Shown here one piece after another: positions 1 through 12,764 of a DNA stretch of 64,000 nt. The notes beneath the pieces were generated by a model. That model was given only the letters and a program-made list of their open reading frames with translations, ran no database searches and was not told where the DNA came from. Numbering within the stretch: the stretch's first letter is position 1; each line of letters starts with the position of its first letter. Source of the stretch: Malacoraja senta (taxonomy: Eukaryota); contig JAXLNO010000062.1 of the NCBI GenBank assembly GCA_038087875.1, forward strand, positions 248,001 through 312,000, written 5' to 3'. Position numbers and translations under genes: made by a program.

Positions 1-344
1 TCTTTGATTATAAATTGTAAGCTCATGTTACATGGAGAAAACCTGTAGCCAGTAAAAAGGAACAGAAGGATTCTAGTGATCAATTGGAGGTGTTCAACAT
101 CCTTGAGGAATTAGAATCTGACAAAGAAAATATTTCCTCTGGTTTCCAGAACAAGTTGTCACATGGAACTGGGGATACCAATTGGCCATTAGATTTGGAG
201 ATTATCCAGGAGTTTACAGAATTATGTGGATTGTTATGTTTAACTAAAGTGAGAACCAGTCTTCAAGAACAAACCCCTGTTAACAATTTAACTTCCACAG
301 AAACTTAAAAGCTATTGAAACCAATAATTGGGTGTGGTACCAGG

Positions 345-705
345 ATAGACTCAAAGCGCTGGAGTAACTCAGCTGGTCAGGTGGAATCTCTGGAGAAAAT
401 GGATAGGTGACGTTTCAGGTCGGGACCCTTCCTTGGACTGAGCTACTCCAGCACTTTGTGTCTAACTCTGGTATAAACCAGCATCTCACGTTCCTCCTCA
501 TTACAGACACAAAGTGCTGGAATTATTCAGTGGGTCAGGCAGCATCTCAAAAGAAAAATGGATAGGTGATGTTTTGGGTTGGGACCCTTCGTCACCCAAT
601 GAACTCCTTTTTTCCCAGAGATGCTGCTTGACTTACTGAGTTACTCCAGCACTTTGTGTCATACCTTTGTTATAAGCCAGCATCTGCAGTTCTTTGTTTC
701 TACAT
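345..705. repeat. Penelope-derived terminal-repeat fragments in inverted arrangement
   Basis: gacacaaagtgctggagtaactcagc...gtgacgtttc...gacccttc units and their reverse complements. Same family at 1050-1140, 18880-19150, 26305-26800, 40515-40695 and 62683-63003. Confidence 0.7.
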
Positions 706-1680
706 TGTTATTCCATATTGGGTGAGGGACATTCTTATTCTGTACCACGGTGACAAATGAACGTTTGTGCCAATCGACCCTAGTGATGAGGTCACCATAA
801 ACAACAATGAAGGAATGGACGAGACAGACTGTTGGCGAGGCAGCCATTGCTGGCGCCACCTGGTGGATATGATATGTATAATAGTACATTGTAGATGAAT
901 GCAATGAAAACCATACATGTACAACAGACTGATCGAAGAGAAATTACCAGTGTGCAGAATATGGGGTGTTTTCAGCAAGGTGGCGTAATAGTTCCAGAGA
1001 ACTGTCTAATCTAATGAGGTATGTTGAGAGGATCAGTACTATAACTTAGATAGACACAAAATGCTGGAGTAACTCAGCGGGACAGGCAGTATCTCTGGAG
1101 AAAAGGAATGGTGACGTTTCTGGTCGGGACCCTTCTTCAGTACGAGACCCCAGTTTGGGGAAGAACTGTTTTAGCAATTGGTGTACAGTTATAAGAGAGA
1201 ACCATAGTACATATCCAGAATTGACTTTTGTTCAATACTGATAAAAGTCAGAAGTTGTTATCTTTGCGACCCTGTGAAACTTCCTCGATTATTTCCTAAA
1301 GCGCCTTTCTATCAATGCCCTTGTCATTTTATTCCTGTTTCCGGAGGACACCTCAAGTTACATTCGAAGATTCCTCTTAAAACCAGGTTCAAAGCCATGA
1401 CATCATATAAATAACCGACTGTGTTCCCCTATCTTTGACGAAAAAATAATAAAAAGGTGCACCCTTCACAAATTAATCTCCTCCCGACTTGTTTGTTTTG
1501 TTGACGAGAGCGAGCGATTCCGAAATCTCTCGGCAAGCGCGTTGTGTATCTTATCGGGCATCCGGATGGCATTATCCGTGCAGTCTGACAATTCATAGTT
1601 ATTTGCCACTTAAAAGAACCGATTCAATCAGTGCAGGGGCAGCAGTAACAAGGGCTCACTGTGTGGGTTTAAACTAAATA

Positions 1681-2952
1681 GTGGGGGGGGGAGGGGGGTT
1701 GACAAATTGGGAGTATAAAGATAGAGTTGAAGGGGAAGTGAGTACAGGAAAAATTACAAAAGATTCTCGAAGTAATGGGAAGGAAAGTTCGAGAAGGGAT
1801 AAAAGAGTAAGGTCAGGGCTAATTGTGGGCGGTGCGAGGGGGGACGTGAATCCGGAGGTCAAAGTGTTGTATATGAATGCGCGAAGTATAAGAAATAAAG
1901 TGAAAGAGCTTGAGGCTCAGTTAGAAATTGGCATGTATGATGTTGTGGGAATTACAGAGCCATGGCTGCAAGAGGGCCAGGGCTGGGAACGGAATATTCA
2001 AGGGTATACCTCCTATCGAAAAGACAGACAGGTGGGCGGAGGGGTGTGGTAGCTCTGTTGGTGAGGAATGAAATTCAGCCCCTTGCAAGGGGTGACATTG
2101 AAACAGGAGATATGGATTCAGTATGGATAGAACTAAGGAATTGTAAGGGTAAAAAGACCCTAGTCGGACTTATCTACAGGCCCCCAAACAGTAGCCTGGA
2201 CATAGGGTGCACGTTGAATCAGGAGTTAAAATTGGCATGTAGCAAAGGTAATACTGTGGTTGTTATGGGAGATTTCAACATGCAGGAAGACTGGGAAAAT
2301 CAGGTTGGTACTGGACCCCAAGAAAGGGACTTTGTAGTGTGCCTTCGTGATGGATTCTTAGAACAGCTTGTATTGGAGCCGACCAGGGAGAAGGCAATTC
2401 TGGATTTAGTGTTATGTAATGAACCGGATTTGATAAAGGAACTTGAGGTTAATGAGCCATTAGGAGGTAGTTAGTGACCATAATATGGTCAGGTTTAATC
2501 TACAATTGGAGAGGGAGAAGGGTAGATCGGAGGTGTCAGTGTTACAGTTGAATAAAGGGGACTATGGGGCCATGAGGGAGGAGCTGGCCAAAGTTGACTG
2601 GAAAGATACCCTCGCATGGATGACAGTGGAACAACAATGGCAGCTGTTTCTAGGAATAATACAGAAGGTGCAGGATCAGTTCATTCCTAGGAGGAAGAAA
2701 GATTCCAAGGGGAGTAAGGAGCGGTCGTGGCTGACAAGGGGCGTCAGGGACAGTGTAAAAATAAATGAGAAGTACAACGTAGCAAAGATGAGCGGGAAGC
2801 AAGAGGATTGGGTAATGTTTAAAGAGCAACAGAAGATAACTAATAAAACAATACGGGGAGAAAAGATGAGGTACGATGGTAAGCTAGCCAAGAATACAAA
2901 GGAGGATAGTAAAAGCTTCTTTAGGTATGTGAAGAGGAAAAAATGAGTTAAG
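1681..2952 (+). mobile_element. CR1 LINE, 5' part of ORF2 (AP endonuclease), degenerate
   Basis: LYMNARSIRNK, VVGITE, YRPPN, MGDFN and ILDLVL APE motifs; continues at 4623. Confidence 0.9.
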
Positions 2953-4622
2953 TAAGTAAGTGAGTAAATTTTATAGCACATTTAAATCAACTCGCGTTAA
3001 AACCAAAGTGCTTTACATAGAAGAAATTAAATGGGACATCTTTATAGAAAAGGCACTTTTCTTTCATTTCAGGAGTTACAACAGATCTACGGACTACACT
3101 CAAATAATTTTTTCAGATATCTACAACTTAGAAATTATGTTAAATCCAATACACAAAATTATAGGACTAGGGAACCAGAAATCCTTGACAAATGTTTGAA
3201 TAAACATCCTAAAACATAAAAATTAATAACATATTTATAACACCCTCTTAGATAATGAGGTCCCATCGATGGAATCATATAGACACACATGGGAAAATGA
3301 ATTAGGGCAACCTATAACAAAAGATATTTGGGACGAAAGTCTACAATATATACATCAATGCTCGTTAAATGCCAGACATGCTTTAATACAATTTAAAGTA
3401 TTACACAAATTACATCATTCTAAAGCAAAACGAATTAGAATTTTCCCACATATCTCTCCTATTTGTGATAAATGTCAGCATCTAGAGGCTAACTTAACAC
3501 ATACTTTTGCAAATTGTATAAAAATTAAAAATTTCTGGATTGATATTTTTAGAATAATTTCTGAAGTTGTCAATACTAAATTGGATCCTGATTCAAAACT
3601 AATAATACTTGGAATATCAGAACAAAGTCTAACACTCACAACAAGCCAAAGAAAATTCCCAGACTACAGTATAATAACTGGGAAAAAATTAATATTAACA
3701 TTTTGGAAAGGTCCTATAACCCCCACAATTAAGGAAATGTTGGAGACCCTACATCTGGAAAGAATCAGACTTGTCTTAATGGACAAACAAGAACTTTTTG
3801 TTAGCATATGGTCTCCATTCATTGACTATTTGAAGGGGTAGATCGGTTCGGCATGGGAACCTAACTGAAGCTTGAACTTAAGATTAGATGAAAAGTTATA
3901 CTTTATAACCTATGAACCTATCGCCAATGATGTATTATTAGTAAATTATTCCACTTTTATTTTTTATCTTGACTTTTTTTTTTTTCGCTTTCTTTCTCAC
4001 TTTCTATCTATAAAAAAAAACTAGAAGCAGAATCAATCCACAATTGATAATATTAGTAATGTATGATTGATAAACATGAAATGTTTTTACCACAATATGT
4101 CTTTGCTTCTAATAAAAATATTATTAAAGAAAAAAAAATAGAAGTCCGCAGGCCGCGCTGGTCGGAGCTCCGACACTGGCGATCTCGGCGAGAGATCCCA
4201 GACTCCGCGGTGTTTGAAAGTCAGCGCTGCCCGCGGCTGGACTCTCCGCGATGTTGGAATCGGCGGTCTCAGCACTCTGGAGCTTACCACACGGCGATCC
4301 TCGGTAAAGCATCGCCCGCTCCGTGATGGTGCTTCAGCGCTGTGCCGCCGCTGAAGCTGGGGTTCTGGCCGGTCCCGGCAGGAAACGCCGCTCCAGTCCC
4401 AATGGTAGGCCGTGAGGAAGGGGAGAAGATGCGACTCGGAGGAAAGCCGCCTCTCGGACCAGGTATGGGACTAAGAAATACAGTTTTCCCCCTTCCCCTC
4501 CCCCCACCCCCCACATAAAAGAGCTAGAAAACCTCCAAACTAGTTTTTAAACAAACTGAAAATAAGGGTGAAAGGACGGACTGCAGGCAGAGCAGCCATA
4601 CACAACGGCGCCCCACTCCTGC
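2953..4622 (-). mobile_element. Non-autonomous element with L2-type 3' tail, inserted in CR1 and itself interrupted by L1
   Basis: Minus-strand tail tgtaaagcactttgg...tgtgctataaaa (CTTA)n at 2953-3017; GC-rich body 4145-4622; TSD AGTTAAG at 2946-2952 and 4623-4629. Confidence 0.6.
3024..4137 (+). mobile_element. L1/Tx1-type LINE 3' fragment (ORF2 C-terminal CCHC region, 3' UTR, A-rich tail)
   Basis: QFKVLHKLH...SPICDKC...LTHTFANC...FWIDIF...WSPFIDYL; AATAAA and A-tail; TSD ATAGAAG at 3017-3023 and 4138-4144. Confidence 0.85.
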
Positions 4623-6596
4623 AGTTAAGACCAAAGTTGGACCCTTGAAGACCGAAAAAGGTGAATTTATTATGGGGAACAAGGAAATGGCAGATGAGTT
4701 GAACGGGTACTTTGGGTCCGTCTTCACTAAGGAGGACACAAACAATCTTCCTGATATAGTAGTGGCCAGTGGGTCTGGAGTGACAGAGGAACTGAAGGCA
4801 GGAAATGGTGTTGGGTAGACTGATGGGTCTGAAGGCTGATAAATCCCCAGGGCCTGATGGTCTGCATCCCAAGGTACTTAAGGAAGTGGCTGTCGAAATT
4901 GTGGATGCATTGGTGGTAATTTTCCAATGTTCTATAGACTCAGGATCAGTTCCTGTGGATGGGAGGGTAGCTAATGTTATCCCACTTTTTAAGAAAGACG
5001 GGAGAGAGAAATCAGGGAATTATAGACCAGTTAGCCTGACATCGGTGGTGGGGAAGATGCTGGAGCCATCAAAGATGAAATAGCCGCACATTTGGATAGC
5101 AGTAACAGGATCGGTCCGAGTCAGCATGGATTTACGAAGGGGAAATCATGCTCGACTAATCTTCTGGAATTTTATGAGGATGTAACTAGGAAAATGGACA
5201 AGGGAGAGTCAGTGGATGTAGTGTACCTGGACTTTCAGAAAGCATTTGATAAGGTCCCACAAAGGAGATTAGTGGGCAAAATTAGGGCACATGGTATTAG
5301 GGGTAGAGTGCTGATGGATAGAACATTGGTTGGCAGACAGGTAACAAAAAGTAGGGATTAACAGGTCCCTTTCAGAATGGCAGGCAGTGACTAGTGGGGT
5401 ACCGCAAGGCTCGGTGCTGGGACTGCAGCTATTTACAATATACATCAATGATTGGGATGAAGGGATTCAAAGTAACATTAGCAAATTTGCAGATGACACA
5501 AAGCTGGGTAGCAGTGTGAACTGTGAAGAGGATGCTATGAGAATGTAGGGTGACTTGGACAGGTTGGGGGTGTGGGCAGATGCATGGCAGATGAAGTTTA
5601 ATGTGGATAAATGTGAGGTTATCCACTTTGGTATAAAAAACAGGAAGGCAGATTACTATCTAAATGGTGTCAAGTTGGGAAAAGGGGAAGTACAATGGGA
5701 TCTGGGGGTCCTTGTTCATCAGTCTATGAAAGTAAGCATGCAGGTACAGTAGGCAGTGAAGAATGTGAATGGCATGTTGGCCTTTATAACAAGAGGAGTT
5801 GAGTTTCGGAGCAAAGAGGTCTTTCTGCATTGGAAACAGGGCCCTAGTGAGACTACACCTGGAGTATTGTGTGCAGTTTTGGTCCCCTAATTTGAGGAAG
5901 GACATTCTTGCTATTGAGGGAGTGCAACGTAGGTTTACAAAGTTAATTCCCGGGATGGTGGGACTGTCATATGCTGAGAGAATGGAGCGGCTGGGTTTGT
6001 ACACTCTGGAGTTTAGGATGAGTTTAGAAGGATGAGAGGGAATCTTATTGAAACAAATAAGATTGTTAAGGGTATGGACATGCTAGAGGCAGGAAACATG
6101 TTCCCAATGTTGGTGGAGTCCAGAACCAGGGGCCACAGTTTAAGAATAAGGGGTAAGCCATTTAGAATGGAGATGAGGAAACACTTTTTCTCACAGAGAG
6201 TTGTGAGTCTGTGGAATTCTCTGCCTCAGTGGGCGGTGGAGGCCGGTTCTCTGGATACTTTCAAGAGATGGCTAGACAGGGCTCTTAAAGATAGCAGAGT
6301 CAGGGGATATGGGGAGAAGGTAGGAACGGGGTACTGATTTTTGGATTGGGGATCAGAGAAAACACTTTGCCTTCCATCACAGTGAGGAGATTCAGTGTGA
6401 TGGATGTTTTTCTGTAAATTGAATTGTTTGTGTGTCGTGTAGGAATTGTTTTGTTTGTATGGCTGTGGAAACGGAATTTCGTTTGAGCCTCTTTGAGGTT
6501 CAAATGACAATAAAATCAATCAATCAGCCATGATCACATTGAATGCCAGTGCCGGCTCGAAGGGCCGAATGGCCTACTCCTGCACCTATTGTCTAT
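4623..6596 (+). mobile_element. CR1 LINE ORF2 RT and 3' end, degenerate
   Basis: KSPGPDGLHP, NYRPVSLTS, YLDFQKAFDKV and FADDTK motifs; CR1 3' UTR ending gggccgaatggcctactcctgcaccta. Small foreign insert at ~6355-6525. Confidence 0.92.
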
Positions 6597-7859
6597 TGCC
6601 ATCTCTGGGGAAAAGCAATACATGACATTTTGGGTTGAGACCATTCTTCAGACTCATTTCTCATTTACAGTGTTGCCTGCAGTTCTGGTTGTCCCATTCC
6701 AAGAAGGATTTGGAGGCTTTGGAAAGGGTGCAGAGGCGGTTACCAGAATAATGAATTATGTGCAGGTAGATAAGTATATGTCTTGGCATCATGTTCGGCA
6801 CAGACGGTGGGCTGAAGAGCCAGGTCCTGTGCTGTAGTGTTCTTTGTTCTATGTAATCAATGTTTTGCCAGCAAAACCATATATTTAATAACTTAGTGGT
6901 ACAATAATTAAAAGACTGAAATAAAGTGCAACGCCCACAACTTGCTTGAAACTTATCTGTACCAAGATTACATCCATTGTGGAGAGTCAAGTTCCAACTG
7001 AATACCAGTAGGTTAGTTTAGTTTATTGTCATGTGTAAAGCTTTTGTTGCGTGCAAACTCGTCAGCGGAAAGGCAATGCATGATTACAATCGAGCCATCC
7101 ACAGTGTACAGATGTTAAAGGGAATAATGTGATTAAAGATAGTCCAAGAATCTCCAATGAGGTAGATGGTATCTCAGGGCTGCTCTCTAATTGTTGGTAG
7201 GATGGTTTAGTTGCTTGATAACAGCTGGGAAGAAACTGTCTCTATCTGGAGGTGTGTGTTTACAAACTTCAATACCTCATGCCTGATGGGAGAGGGGCGG
7301 AGTGGCTGGGGTGCGACATCCTTAATGCTGGTGGCCAGCAAACTTGTGCTCCCATAGAGGTGCTGCGGGTCAAGGTGCAGCTAAATACCCTTGGTAGCCA
7401 CTATGGTAGAGATATATTGGCAGTGACATTATGGCAGTAAACAAGTAACACAATTTCAGGCCATCTCTTGGTCACGATTTTCACTCAAATATAAATACAG
7501 GTGATAAAACAGTCAAAACAAATTGTAAATTTTAATAAAAACTTTGTCAAACAAAATAATTTCCAAAAGTGCAGTTCTAAATTGTACCCTAATGGCAACA
7601 TAACTAAGATGAGAGTAATAGATAAATTATATTATAATGTATTCAGTGTTTCCCTCAAATTTGCAGCACCACTTTAAATGTACAAATGCATTTCCGAACA
7701 AAAATATAATCTCTCAATATAATCTCTGTCTGACATCCTAACTCCCAAGGAGCAGAGTTAAATAACATTGCTTAACACCTCAAAAATATACCTAATTTTG
7801 CATTTAGAACTTTTACATAACTGTTTTATATAATACATAGGGCTCATGTTGTCGACCTC

Positions 7860-10370
7860 CCCATGGTGAACCCTGTTAACAGAGCTCAGTCGCCGCAGCT
7901 CGGCACCAACCAGGAGCGTGCGCCCTTTTGAGTGCGGGCATCTACAGATGTCGAACCGGATGGCATCACCCTGCTGCAGCTGAATGCGGAAAACCTCACC
8001 AAGGCCAAGACCACCATCATTGGACATCTGCTACAAACCCACAAAATCATTGCAATCCTGCTCCAAGAGACTGACAAAAGCCACCTTCTACCAGGCTCCA
8101 CAAAGACTCCGTCCCCGCCTTTGGTTCGCCCTGCATCTACGCCGGAGACTTTAACTGCCATAGCACCACCTGGGGCTACCGTTCAACTAACTCAGATGAC
8201 TCATCTAACTGGGTCTCAGCTACTGCCGTTCAACTCCTGTACGACCCAAAACAACCGGACAGCTTCCACTGGCAGGTGGAACACCACTACCAACCCTGAC
8301 TTGGCTTTTGCAAACCTGAATGGACCAACCTCACACTGTATCATCCTGGATCACTTCCCGAAATCACAACATCGCCCATCTCTGATTATCCCGGACAACT
8401 CCATCGAGCTGGTCCCAACCAATCAGGACAAAGCCTACTCCGCCTTCTGCAAATTCCTCATCAGGGCAGCGAAGAGTTCCATTCCTCGTGGCTATCATTG
8501 CCGGTACATCCCCACATGGGACGAAGAGTGTGACGCATGCTACGACGCATTCCTGGACGCTGAACCTGGCGAAGAGGCTGCCTCCAAGGCTACGGAACTG
8601 ACAACCTGCCTCGACCAAGAAGCGCAGAGAGCGGTGGGAAGAGACAGTCCAAGGAATCGACTTCACACACTCCAGTAGGGTGGCTTGGAAGACCTTCAAT
8701 CGCTTCACCGGTCAAAGTACCCGGCCAAAGTCACGGTCAACTCCATCGCCCACCAGCTCCTGGCCAACGGCCACTTCAAAGACGCGGACAAGAATCATAC
8801 TTGTTCTGTCAAACAGTAAACCACTAATCTTTGTAAAGCTCCAGGTGCTGATGGGCTCCTGTCAGCACCCTTTTCCTCTGCAGAACTCTCTCATGTCATC
8901 ACTCAATTGAAATGCGGAAAAGCCCAGGGTCCTGATAACATCCCCGGAGTTCCTGAAACACTGCAGTCCTAAATGCCAGGTCTGGCTCCGTGAATTCTAC
9001 TCCTCCTGTCTCATTGGTCAGTTCATTCCAAAGATCTGGTGGAAAGCCACCGTCATTGCCTTACCAAAACCAAACAAGCGTGTGAACGACCCAAGGAACT
9101 ATCGGCCTATCTCACTCCTCTGTGTCCCGTACAAGCTTTTGTACGGGACGCTGCACTACCCACCAAATAGTCAAGCTGACCAATGACATCGAAGACTGTT
9201 TAGAAAAGGTTGGCAAGTCGGGCGTCACACTGGTGGACCTCACCGCCTCCTACGATACAGTGTGGCACCAGGGCCTGATCTTGAAGCTCCTCCATTCATG
9301 ACCGCCACTTAGTGCGGTTCCTTGCTAAAATCCTGGCCAACTGCAGTTTTGTACTCAAGATCAGCGATGGACAATCTAGCCGACTGCAACGCCTAAGAAA
9401 CGGAGTCCCTCAAGGCTCGGTACTGGCTCCCATGCTCTTCAATCTCTTTATCAGCGATCTGCCACGAACGAACTCGCGCCAGTATGTATACGGAGATGAC
9501 CTGGCCCTAATGCATTCAGACAGGTGTTGGTCAAACGTGGAGGATGTGCTGTCAGTGGATATGGAACTTTCCGCGGGCTGCATTAAGACCTGGAGACTAA
9601 AACGTAGTGTGGCAAAAAACTCCACAACGGCCTTTCACCTGAACAACATGGAAGCTCAACGCCAGCTAACCATCACCCTCAATGTGTCACCACTACTCTA
9701 TAATCCATTTCCTTCATACCTTGGGGTGAAACTAGATCAGCAGCTGACCTACAAGCAATTACTTGAAGCTAAAGTCGCGGCGCAGAACAACCTCCTGCAT
9801 TACTTGGCTGGATCATCATGGGGCGCCAGGACATCTACACTCAGAACCAGTGCTCTTGCACTCGTGTACAGCGCTACTGAGTACACCACCCCAGCATGGT
9901 GCAGCAGCGCTCATACTAGCAAGCTAGACGCCATCCTCAACGACACCATGCGGATCATCACCAGCTGCCTACGTCCTACTCCGACTGATCATCTGCCGTT
10001 GCTCGCAGGTATCGTACCCGCCAAGCTTCACAGAGAGTACTTCAACCACAGGCTGGTGTGCAAGGCCCCATCAGACGCCAAGCATCCTTTGCACCACCTC
10101 GCTCAGAACTCACAGCAACTGGGACCTCAACGCCTGTCATCTCCTCGCCCCTTCCCCCGTCACTCAGCGACCCTCTGTGGCTCCGGTTTCAACACACTAG
10201 GAGCTTGGAGAACCAGCTGGGAACAGATTTCGCGACCTCCTCAATTCATTGTTGCACCGAACACCACAGCCCCACCCGGCTCGGACCTGCCCCACAAAGA
10301 GTGGGTCGCCCTGAACCGGCTTCGTACAGGGATCGGCTGGTTCAACACCAACATGCATCGCTGTGGGGCT
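7860..10370 (+). mobile_element. Ingi/Vingi-like non-LTR retrotransposon, degenerate
   Basis: APE (LLQLNAENL, ILLQET, PDLAF, SQHRP), RT (GVPQGSVLAP, YGDD), GSSWGARTSTLRTSALAL and WVALNRLRTG motifs; no RNase H seen. Confidence 0.7.
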
Positions 10371-10476
10371 GTGTTCATACATTAACAATACAATATTCAT
10401 TTATACACCTGTGATCAGTGTTCACTCATTAACAGCTTTGATAAACACATTGGTGTCACTCCCATCTGTAGTGCGT

Positions 10477-10619
10477 CTACAAACGTCTCTCCAGGCACAT
10501 AAAAAGAAGTAAATGTGGTGTCGCAAAGTACGCCAAGACCAAGTCGCGTGAACTGGTCCGGGAAGTCTTCATTTTCGAGCAGTAAAGAAGCGTTTGAAGA
10601 AATTCAGTGGACTCTTCAC
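10477..10619 (-). pseudogene. Giantin-like terminal exon with tail-anchor remnant
   Basis: ttttgcag acceptor. One frame gives ...LYCSKMKTSRTSSRDLVLAYFATPHLLLFMCLERRL*, resembling the giantin C-terminal transmembrane segment. Confidence 0.7.
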
Positions 10620-11656
10620 CTGCAAAACAGAAACAGAGGTCAATAGCTAATTAACATCAACCTAATACAGATGTCAGAGGTTATGGGGAGAAGGCAGGAG
10701 AATGGGGATACAAAGGAGAGATAGATCAGCCATGATTGAATCAAGGAGTTGACTTGATGGGCCAACGGCCTAATTCTTATCCTATCACTTATGAACCTCA
10801 ACTAATTAGTTATTTCAGGATTAAACTAATTGGTAAAATACCAAGGTACAGATGTGAAGATTTGTATTTATTGATCATGTTACAGAGATTTTCATTATAA
10901 TGTACATATGGGTGGTAGCGGTTTCAATACAATGGTCCAAATGAATGCACTATTCTATGAGCAAACAAGCAATGTGGATTCCTTGATGAACTATTGGACA
11001 GGAGGTCTAGATTCTAAACAAACCTCTGTCGCAGTCAATCAGAAAGTGAGAGTGCTTCCATGGTTAGTCTTGGATTCCTTGGTGATGGGTGACGTATCCA
11101 TTCTTACACTATACAGCATGATGAAGGTGGGGAAAGATGAACCTTCATCAGCTGTTTACTCTTGCTCTCTGTATTCCTAGAAAGGTGTTTTCTACATTTC
11201 AGACCTTCTTTTGGTTAAGATGAGATAACTAAATTTATTACATTTATTTCGAGATTTGGCTTACACCTTGGCTTGTATTCACTGCGCTCCTTCATACGGA
11301 AACAGAGAGATTAGAGATATGCATTGAAAACCGATTTGCGTGAGTGCGACATGAGCCAGGAGACTAATTCAAACACCTCATGCCTCCCAGGAGAGGAGGA
11401 GTTGCTAGGTGAGGGGAGGGGCACCACGTGAAGACCTCGAGGTTGGACAATGAAACCAGGCCAGGTTTTCTGTGTGATCTGCCTGAATCACCCACTCCAA
11501 ACCAATGTACCATCCTATTTATTAGTTGGTAAGTACATGGAAGCAGGTTTTCCAGAGTTGCCCAGTTCACTGGGGTGGGGGGTGTGGGGCAAGATAGTGT
11601 AAAGTCAGGAAATTATATTAAAACTAGAAAACGAAGAATTGATTGGCAATACACAC

Positions 11657-11777
11657 CTTCCGTTCCACCACCACCTGTTCACTGGGGTCTCTCTTCAAAG
11701 CCTCCTCACATTCCTCGTCTGATTCCAATTGAATGGTGTGCTCCCTGGGCGCTGGTCTGACAGGAAGAGGTTCATGC
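11657..11777 (-). pseudogene. Giantin-like penultimate exon (HEPLPVRPAPREHTIQLESDEECEEALKRDPSEQVVVERK)
   Basis: 121 bp, ctttccag acceptor, AAG|gtgtgt donor, phase 2-0. Confidence 0.65.
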
Positions 11778-12249
11778 CTGGAAAGAAAACAGCAGCATAA
11801 ACGATAACACAGTAACCACACCTCCTCAATGAAATGTCACACATACCAACGGCTGGGAAGAACACACGGCTTTCAAGAAATCTTCTCCAAGGACTTTGAA
11901 GCAGCTGCTTTCTGCAGTCTGTGGATTTCTCGACAAGCGGTTTGATGGAGCAGAACAGGAAATACCATTTCTTGAATTGGAGGAAGCAAGGGTATAGAAA
12001 CTAGCAAAAATGCCAGGGGAAGAGGAGGAGAAATTATTTTTTATTCAGTAAATTATGACCTAGGTTATATTCCCTTAAAAAGTGGTAAAAAAGACAATAA
12101 TAATATATATTTTAAAAACAATTCAAAGGCGCATGTCAAGGAGGAAAGGGGGGAGCATTAAGTGGCTAAATCGTTCAGTGCTACTACAAGCAGAATTCTC
12201 TAATTCCATCCACATTGTGTACACATGGTTCTTCAGATTCTATCAAGTA

Positions 12250-12552
12250 ACAGTGGGGGCAGAATTGCTGCCTTACAGCGCCAGAGACCCAGGTTCAATC
12301 CTGCCTGTAGGTGCTGTTTGTGTGGAGTTTGCATGTTCTCCCTGTGGCTGCATAGGTTTCCTCCAGGTATTCTGGTTTCCTCCCACATCCACAAGACGTG
12401 AGGGTTTGTAGGCTATTGGGCTTGGTTAAAATTGTAATCTGTCCCTAGTGTGTAGGATTGCGCTAGTGTACGGGATGATTGCTGGTCGGCGCAGACTCAG
12501 TAGGACGAAGGGCCTGTTTCTACGCTGTATCTCTAAAGTCTAAAGCCTAAAG
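12250..12552 (+). mobile_element. tRNA-derived V-SINE (HE1-like)
   Basis: B-box ggttcaatcc, V-domain tgtgtggagtttgcatgttctcc, CR1-like tail. Confidence 0.8.
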
Positions 12553-12764
12553 TAACTAACATGTGTCTTTTAACAACCTTGGAAGAATAAGATGTCATTA
12601 GTGCGTCCAAAGACTAATGACATCTTTTTTTCCAAGGTTGCCAAAAGTGATGGGCGGAATGGATGTGCCATTTTATTACCATGTTAGCAAACAAGCACCT
12701 ACATTCAACTCAGTGACTCAATTCAACTACAAGCAATGCTTCCTCTGCAGAACCTCTCCTTAGT

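Noticed and set aside
84..308. 74-aa ORF at window start
   Set aside because: Non-ATG start, upstream in-frame stops, no recognisable motif.
12250..12330. tRNA-like A/B boxes
   Set aside because: Heads of SINEs followed by V-domain and LINE tail; not tRNA genes.
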